NCBI GenBank assembly: GCA_001795615.1
Contig: MGKI01000011.1
Span: 44,996 to 108,995 of the forward strand
DNA from: Candidatus Yanofskybacteria bacterium RIFCSPLOWO2_01_FULL_42_49
Lineage (GTDB): Bacteria > Patescibacteriota > Minisyncoccia > 2-02-FULL-40-12 > GWA2-44-9
DNA length: 64,000 nucleotides
Reading direction: 5' to 3'
Shown here piece after piece: positions 58,550 to 64,000 of the stretch. Position 1 is the stretch's first letter; every line of letters begins with the position of its first letter. The notes below the pieces were generated by a model, which saw only the letters and a program-made list of their open reading frames with translations, had not been told where the DNA came from and ran no database searches. A program made the position numbers and the translations under genes.

Positions 58550-59782
58550 TTACCGGAAAAAATTTCGAAGTATTTCCAGTCTAACTGTGCCGCAACCCAC
58601 GAACCGGCCGGGCGCATCCCTGGTCTCAGACAAACATTGAGATTCAATCACCGCTGCCCCCTCCGGAAGCTCACTATAAATAACAAACGGTCCGCTATCA
58701 TAGATACGACGCGTCATGCCATCTTTGATCAGCTCGGCATGAAGCTCAACTTCTCCTCTTTCTCTAGCATACATAACTGTTTTGTCTGGTCTATTCGCTA
58801 TTTTGGAGTCGTCGTAAGCTGCCTGAAATGTCGGAATAATCAAATATCTCTTTCCGGCAGATTGAGAAAGTCCGTCTAAATATCTCCTCCAACTGTAAGA
58901 ATTGCGGGCATATTCGTGAATTCTGGCCACATAACTTTTAGTGTCGTCTGCCAGCGAGTAGTCCATAAATCCGTCCAAGCTTTTTATTCTGTTTTTATCA
59001 TCCTCTCTTTCGGGAAAAGCCCGCATTCCTTCCGAACCGATAAAAAACACGGGGTAATCTTTTTTCGCTTCTTCAAGAAGACTAGCAAAATCTCCAACCA
59101 TCTGTATCGATGACCACATATATATAACGGCTCGACCGTTTACGGTGACATATCTCGACTGATAGGGCATAATCACATTTTTAAACATAAAATCTATATC
59201 TTCCTTAAACACTTGGCGATTGCGCGGATCATTCATGTTTTTTGGTCCGCCGTCTGAAGGATTATACCTGGTACCGTAGATATGCTCGTAGAGAAGAAAG
59301 AATGGCCCGCATCCACTGGCAAAATTATTGCTTAACCAGTAATTGTGATCATAGTGACTGGGGTTGGGGTTATACTCAAGAACAGCCGCTCCGCCACCAA
59401 ACTCTTTGATCTGCCGGCATTGTTCCATAACTTGAAAGGGCGAAGGTCTTTGATTGGGAGTCCAAAGCCGTGAAATCGGATGAACCGCAGCTTCATGTGG
59501 AGAATAGTCCCACGGATAAGTGTTAGCAAACCAGCCTTGAATTGTTGTCAGTTCAACGCCGCCAATCACACTGGGGGTGCTTAAGGCCATCTCCGAAGCG
59601 GAAGTAACACCCAAAATATCACCCGCAATTTCTTTGGCTTCATCGATAGGATTTGCCGCATCACCCCGGTTTTCTGTCGAAACAGAAGACGGACTTAGGG
59701 GAAATGTCTCGTCACAACTTTCGCAGCCCGGAATAGACGATACGGCAAGCACAAATACTGACATCATGACAGACTTATACAT
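58550..59782 (-). CDS. Glycoside hydrolase GH99/GH71-like exported protein
   Basis: FFLLYE, YVTVNGRAVIYMW, IPTFQAAYDDSKI, IYSELPEG (ExxE pair). Confidence 0.65.
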   Translation of the reverse strand: MYKSVMMSVFVLAVSSIPGCESCDETFPLSPSSVSTENRGDAANPIDEAKEIAGDILGVTSASEMALSTPSVIGGVELTTIQGWFANTYPWDYSPHEAAVHPISRLWTPNQRPSPFQVMEQCRQIKEFGGGAAVLEYNPNPSHYDHNYWLSNNFASGCGPFFLLYEHIYGTRYNPSDGGPKNMNDPRNRQVFKEDIDFMFKNVIMPYQSRYVTVNGRAVIYMWSSIQMVGDFASLLEEAKKDYPVFFIGSEGMRAFPEREDDKNRIKSLDGFMDYSLADDTKSYVARIHEYARNSYSWRRYLDGLSQSAGKRYLIIPTFQAAYDDSKIANRPDKTVMYARERGEVELHAELIKDGMTRRIYDSGPFVIYSELPEGAAVIESQCLSETRDAPGRFVGCGTVRLEILRNFFR

Positions 59783-59919
59783 ACTTGTTCCTTGTTTTTA
59801 AAAAACAAAACTGCCCTTACTAAAGCAGTTTTTATCAGGTTAGCAATATTGACAACTATGAATATTCGAGTTATTTATAAGCCATCTTTTACAACAAAAC
59901 GCCTGGAGAACATACGAAA

Positions 59920-60552
59920 GTGAGCACAAAAGGGGTTTTGGTCGCAATCGAAGGAATAGATGGTTCGGGAAAATCCACCCAATGCAAGCTCTTGAAAGAA
60001 CGCCTTGAGAAAGCCGGCTTTCCCGCCACCATTGTTAAGGCGAAGAACGATAAACAAGGTCGTGTTTTTAAAAATTTCCTGAGTGTTTTCGGAATTACAG
60101 CCGATTCAGTTTCTTTCACACTGCTTTATCAAGCGTTACACCGCCGGCAATTTGAAATCGCTCGGAACGAACTTGGTAAAAAACATATTGTCGTCGCCGA
60201 TCGATGGAACCCTTCATTTTTTGTTTTTCATAACCTTTATGGCCTCCTGGCTGATAAACCCCAAATCAGAGAGTCTCTCGACAAACTAGCGTTTGAAAAT
60301 CTCAGGCCGGACATATGCTTCCTTTTAAATGTTCCAGTGAAAGTGTCTTTCACGAGAAGGTCTGGCCGAAAAAATGAACCGGAACGAGAACCAAGCCCAG
60401 ACAGATTGGAGTTTTATGAGAAAATAGCTGCAGAGTATTTGCGGCTTGCATCTAGAGAAGGGTGGGTGGTTATTGACGCTAATTTGCCAATATCAGAAAT
60501 ACATCGACAAATAATGGGGACAGTCGAAAACATATTGCTCAAAAGAAATTAG
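59920..60552 (+). CDS. Second thymidylate kinase-like protein
   Basis: IEGIDGSGKSTQ, VVADRW, PDICFLLNVP, IDANLPISEI. Confidence 0.85.
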   Translation: MSTKGVLVAIEGIDGSGKSTQCKLLKERLEKAGFPATIVKAKNDKQGRVFKNFLSVFGITADSVSFTLLYQALHRRQFEIARNELGKKHIVVADRWNPSFFVFHNLYGLLADKPQIRESLDKLAFENLRPDICFLLNVPVKVSFTRRSGRKNEPEREPSPDRLEFYEKIAAEYLRLASREGWVVIDANLPISEIHRQIMGTVENILLKRN

Positions 60553-60589
60553 TACTAACACCGGGGGCATGGGCCCCTGTTTTACTATA

Positions 60590-61141
60590 ATGAACAACCA
60601 CGGAAAAGTTATTTTTATAGAGGGGATATGGGGCAGTGGAAAGACGGCCCTTGTTAAAGTACTCAAAAAATCTTTAGACGGGAGAACTGTAACTCTAAAA
60701 GAACCCAATCACCTTACCAGTCTTAAAAAGGCTTCCCCCGAAAAAATCACGAACTGGTATCTTCGGGCCCACCACAAAAACATTCGAAGAGCCATCAGCT
60801 TGTCGAGCGATAACGACACCGTACTGACAGAGCGCTCCCCTATTTCCTCAATATCTTTTATGCGGGCCTATCTTAACAAAGACTCGAGGGGTTTAGAAAA
60901 GAATATGATCCGTCTGGAAACCGAGCTTGGCCGAATATTAAAATTAACCGGCAAAAAGGCGGTCATCGTTTATCTCAACCACAACCTAGACAGGACCTTG
61001 GCAAAATTGCATTCTAAAGCACACCTTAAACACCTAGACTCAGTCGACTCGCTTATGATCCTTGCTAAAAGCACGAGAGAATTTTTAGCAAGATTAAACA
61101 AGAGGGGCATAATAGACTTAATAATTTTAAAAAATGAGTAG
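60590..61141 (+). CDS. P-loop nucleoside/nucleotide kinase-like protein
   Basis: IFIEGIWGSGKT, LKEP, TERSPISS; start placed at MNNHG. Confidence 0.7.
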   Translation: MNNHGKVIFIEGIWGSGKTALVKVLKKSLDGRTVTLKEPNHLTSLKKASPEKITNWYLRAHHKNIRRAISLSSDNDTVLTERSPISSISFMRAYLNKDSRGLEKNMIRLETELGRILKLTGKKAVIVYLNHNLDRTLAKLHSKAHLKHLDSVDSLMILAKSTREFLARLNKRGIIDLIILKNE

Positions 61142-62417
61142 CGAAATAATTTTATATTCTGCGTCAGCTTTCTTTGTGTTTCTGGGACTTTTGAATTCTT
61201 TTAAGGTCTCCCATTCGCTGGCCCACATCAAAAAACAGCAAAAGAATCTTGCGGCCAAAAAAGCAGAATACTGCCCGGATGTTTTTGTGCTTATCCCTGT
61301 CCTTAGAGAAGCAAAAATTATAGGAAACTCCCTCGAAAATTTTTCCCGGTTAAAGTACCCCGCAGACAAGCTTAATATCGTTGTGGTAACGACTGAAAAA
61401 GAGCACGAGACTTTCTCCGAGCCGGATACCCCAGAAGTCGTCAAAACCAAAATAACTTTACTTAATAAGAGGCTCGAAAGAGAAGCTTTTCTGCATATCC
61501 ACTATCCTAATAAAGACGGGGTTAAATCTGACCAGCTAAACTATGCGATAGAAAAGCTTTCTCAAAAATTTCCGTCGCGTTTTCAAGACAATACTTACAT
61601 CGGAGTCTACGACGCCGATTCGTCCACAAACGACGATGTCATTGAGTTGCTAGCCGCAGATGGTTCCGTTAACGGCTGGGCCGACGCTTATCAGCAACCG
61701 ACGCTATATATCAAGAATCATCCCGGTGGAAATATTTTGGCTGGTTCTTTTTCATTACTGCAAACTGCTTTTGCTTTTTACCACGAAAACTACAACCTCA
61801 TCACCGCTTCAAAAATGCGCTATCTTATCGGACACGGTTTATTTGTTAAATGGTCTTCGTTAAAAGAAGCCGGACTTTTCCCTACACCGGTAGAAGATAC
61901 CCGCCTGGGTCACATTTTTTCATATCTAAAAAAGGATATCCGTCTCCTTCCGTCTTTTGATACCGTAGAAACTGCTCCGAGAATAACGGCCAGGATAAGA
62001 CAGGCGTCGGTGTGGTTTATCGGAGAGAGTTATTTCTGGATGGATCGGAAAATAGCTACAAAAATTAAACCTATTCCAAGTTTACGGATACTTTGGCTGG
62101 GAACATATAAACTTTATAGAAACGCGGTCTGGATGTTTCGTGGTGGAATTTTATTGATACTACTGGCTTTGTTGATTTATAAATTCGGCCCGATTGCGCT
62201 CCTGCCTCCCCTAATCTACCTGACATTACCGATTGTCATACTCATATCTAAACTTGACCAGATAAATGTGAGCTGGCCGAAAATATTATTTTCTCTTCTT
62301 CTTTCACCGGTAGAATTTTTATTCATGTCTCTGGGGCCGCTAGTCGGATTTATAAAAACAAGCATCTTCAGATCTGACAATAAAAATTTCTTGTTTCCCA
62401 AGACAGAAAGAGTGTGA
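61134..62417 (+). CDS. Membrane glycosyltransferase family 2
   Basis: VLIPVLRE, KSDQLNYA, YDADS, VEDTRLG, RQASVW, N- and C-terminal TMs. Confidence 0.85.
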   Translation: MSSEIILYSASAFFVFLGLLNSFKVSHSLAHIKKQQKNLAAKKAEYCPDVFVLIPVLREAKIIGNSLENFSRLKYPADKLNIVVVTTEKEHETFSEPDTPEVVKTKITLLNKRLEREAFLHIHYPNKDGVKSDQLNYAIEKLSQKFPSRFQDNTYIGVYDADSSTNDDVIELLAADGSVNGWADAYQQPTLYIKNHPGGNILAGSFSLLQTAFAFYHENYNLITASKMRYLIGHGLFVKWSSLKEAGLFPTPVEDTRLGHIFSYLKKDIRLLPSFDTVETAPRITARIRQASVWFIGESYFWMDRKIATKIKPIPSLRILWLGTYKLYRNAVWMFRGGILLILLALLIYKFGPIALLPPLIYLTLPIVILISKLDQINVSWPKILFSLLLSPVEFLFMSLGPLVGFIKTSIFRSDNKNFLFPKTERV

Positions 62418-63148
62418 CTAACAAATATTACCAACAATTCAGCAATATCTTCGCCCATTCGTCTGTCCCTTGGCAACAGGAAATATTAAAGCAGTTTTTA
62501 AATAAGGCCGAAGTTACAGATTCTTACCTTATAGCCGATATCGGCTCTGGTGTTGGAAACAATATACAAACCATCCTAGGGTTTACGAGACAAATCACCG
62601 CCATTGACATCTCGCCAGGAGCCTTGAGTATGCTTAAAAAAAGATACGCTGGGATTGATAGTTTATCAATTATCCAGGCCGATGCGACGAAACTTCCTTT
62701 TCGTGCGGAAACATTTGACGCGGTAATACTGACGGAGATCCTTGAACACTGTGAAAACCCCGCAAAAGCTTTGTCCGAATCCTTGAGAATTTTAAAAAAA
62801 GGTGGACACATAATAATGAGCACCCCTAACTACTTTAATCCAGCCGGACTCTGGAAAAAAATCTGTGACCTAGTTAACCCTGCTTCAACTTGGGACGCCT
62901 GGGGAAATCACGAAAAGGGCGTTGAAAACTTTTTCACATCTTTTAAACTGTCGAATTTGGCCAAATCACAAGATATTAAAATCGTTACGGAGTTGGGCGG
63001 AGACATAATAAGAAGCTGGCTACCATTTTTTAGAAAACAGTACCGTTTTATAGACCGGCATCCGTTTTTAAGAGTGGGCAAAATGTGGCCAATCAAATAT
63101 CTGCTAATGAACTACTTTATTTTGGGTAAAAAGGATGACATTAACTGA
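62414..63148 (+). CDS. Class I SAM-dependent methyltransferase
   Basis: DIGSGVG, IDIS, ADATKLPF..FDAV..EILEH, LKKGG..STPN. Confidence 0.9.
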   Translation: MTNKYYQQFSNIFAHSSVPWQQEILKQFLNKAEVTDSYLIADIGSGVGNNIQTILGFTRQITAIDISPGALSMLKKRYAGIDSLSIIQADATKLPFRAETFDAVILTEILEHCENPAKALSESLRILKKGGHIIMSTPNYFNPAGLWKKICDLVNPASTWDAWGNHEKGVENFFTSFKLSNLAKSQDIKIVTELGGDIIRSWLPFFRKQYRFIDRHPFLRVGKMWPIKYLLMNYFILGKKDDIN

Positions 63149-63593
63149 CACCGATAAACGGGTCTTCTTCTATGATAAATTTATCAATATTATCCCAAAA
63201 AGTATTTTTTAAACGCTTTGGGAAAACTTTTAAATCCTGCAGCTCTTCTTTTGAGAACCATCTGCCTGTCTCCACTTGGCCGTTCGGATCAAGATCAATA
63301 TGGTTCTCGTTTATTTCAGTTCCCGCTTTGGGCACAGCAAGCCAGAATGTCTCGAAGAAGATGGAGTCCTCGGTAGCGTGGAATTCTTGAAGATAGAGAA
63401 TTCTTTTTATCTCAACGCTCAGGCCGACTTCTTCGGTAACCTCTCTTTCAGCGCACTGAAGAATATTTTCTTTATCATACTCCCATCCTCCGCCAGGAGC
63501 ATACCAAAAGTTAGTCCCCTTATTTTTGACCAGAAGTATTTTATTGTCTTCGGGATTATAGATAACCACCCTCGCCAAAATGCGTATATTCAT
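63141..63593 (-). CDS. NUDIX hydrolase
   Basis: PGGGWE..ENILQCAEREVTEEVGL Nudix box. Confidence 0.9.
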   Translation of the reverse strand: MNIRILARVVIYNPEDNKILLVKNKGTNFWYAPGGGWEYDKENILQCAEREVTEEVGLSVEIKRILYLQEFHATEDSIFFETFWLAVPKAGTEINENHIDLDPNGQVETGRWFSKEELQDLKVFPKRLKNTFWDNIDKFIIEEDPFIGVS

Positions 63594-63607
63594 TGGTGTA
63601 GAATGTC

Positions 63608-64000
63608 TTACTTAAGTTTTTCTTCGAGTAACTTCGCTATGTCTTTGGTGTCAATTCTCTTTTGTTCCATGGTGTCCCGGTCACGCAAAGTTACCGTCCC
63701 GTCCTCCAGCGTCTGAAAGTCCACCGTGATACAGAATGGGGTGCCTATTTCGTCTTGCGAATAATATCGTTTGCCGATATTTCCTCTGTCGTCCCAGGCG
63801 ATATTTAAACTTGTCATTTTTAAATCTTTAAACACCTGTCGCGCTTTGGCGGCTAACTCCGGCTTGTTCTTTAACAACGGAAACACCGCCGCTTTGTACG
63901 GCGCGAGTTTTGGGTGGATTTTCAGGACGATCCTATCTTTTTCTTCTTGATATGCATCGAGCAAAAAGAATAGTAGCGCCCGGTCCACACCGCCTGATGT
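63608..64000 (-). CDS. glyQS: Glycyl-tRNA synthetase, alpha2 type, 3' part (5' end beyond window)
   Basis: TSGGVDRA, LAPYKAAVFPL, GNIGKRYYSQDEIGTPFCITVDFQT. Confidence 0.92.
   Translation of the reverse strand, partial: TSGGVDRALLFFLLDAYQEEKDRIVLKIHPKLAPYKAAVFPLLKNKPELAAKARQVFKDLKMTSLNIAWDDRGNIGKRYYSQDEIGTPFCITVDFQTLEDGTVTLRDRDTMEQKRIDTKDIAKLLEEKLK

Overview
Chromosomal window from a Patescibacteria (CPR) genome, most likely Parcubacteria; standard code 11. It holds housekeeping genes (pgk, tpiA, dprA, topA, rel, parA/parB, glmS, rpsP, rnc, nusB, rpmF, dnaE, thrS, miaA, gatB, thyX-like, tmk, rplK, nusG, secE, gyrB, a fused PheRS, guaB, partial glyQS), RNase P RNA, tRNA-Leu and tRNA-Asp. It also holds glycosyltransferase genes and blocks of surface or secreted proteins. 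Two coding regions are missing from the ORF track: a >1925-aa membrane-anchored fibre protein (1-5775, minus strand, runs off the window) and a 50-aa ArfA-like ORF. The most striking non-gene signal is a dense set of short repeat families. (1) A 40-bp 11-5-8-5-11 palindrome brackets a stand-alone Cas2-like/PaaX-type gene and rnpB, with a solo copy 25 kb away. (2) Inverted 7-mer arrays enclose a four-helix-bundle gene and also occur empty. (3) Four 9-mer arrays all share one orientation relative to transcription. (4) Several small hairpin elements are inserted in frame into essential proteins, into rnpB and into each other. Together these suggest poorly described repeat-associated mobility or regulatory systems. 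All functional interpretations come from reading motifs by eye; no database searches were run.
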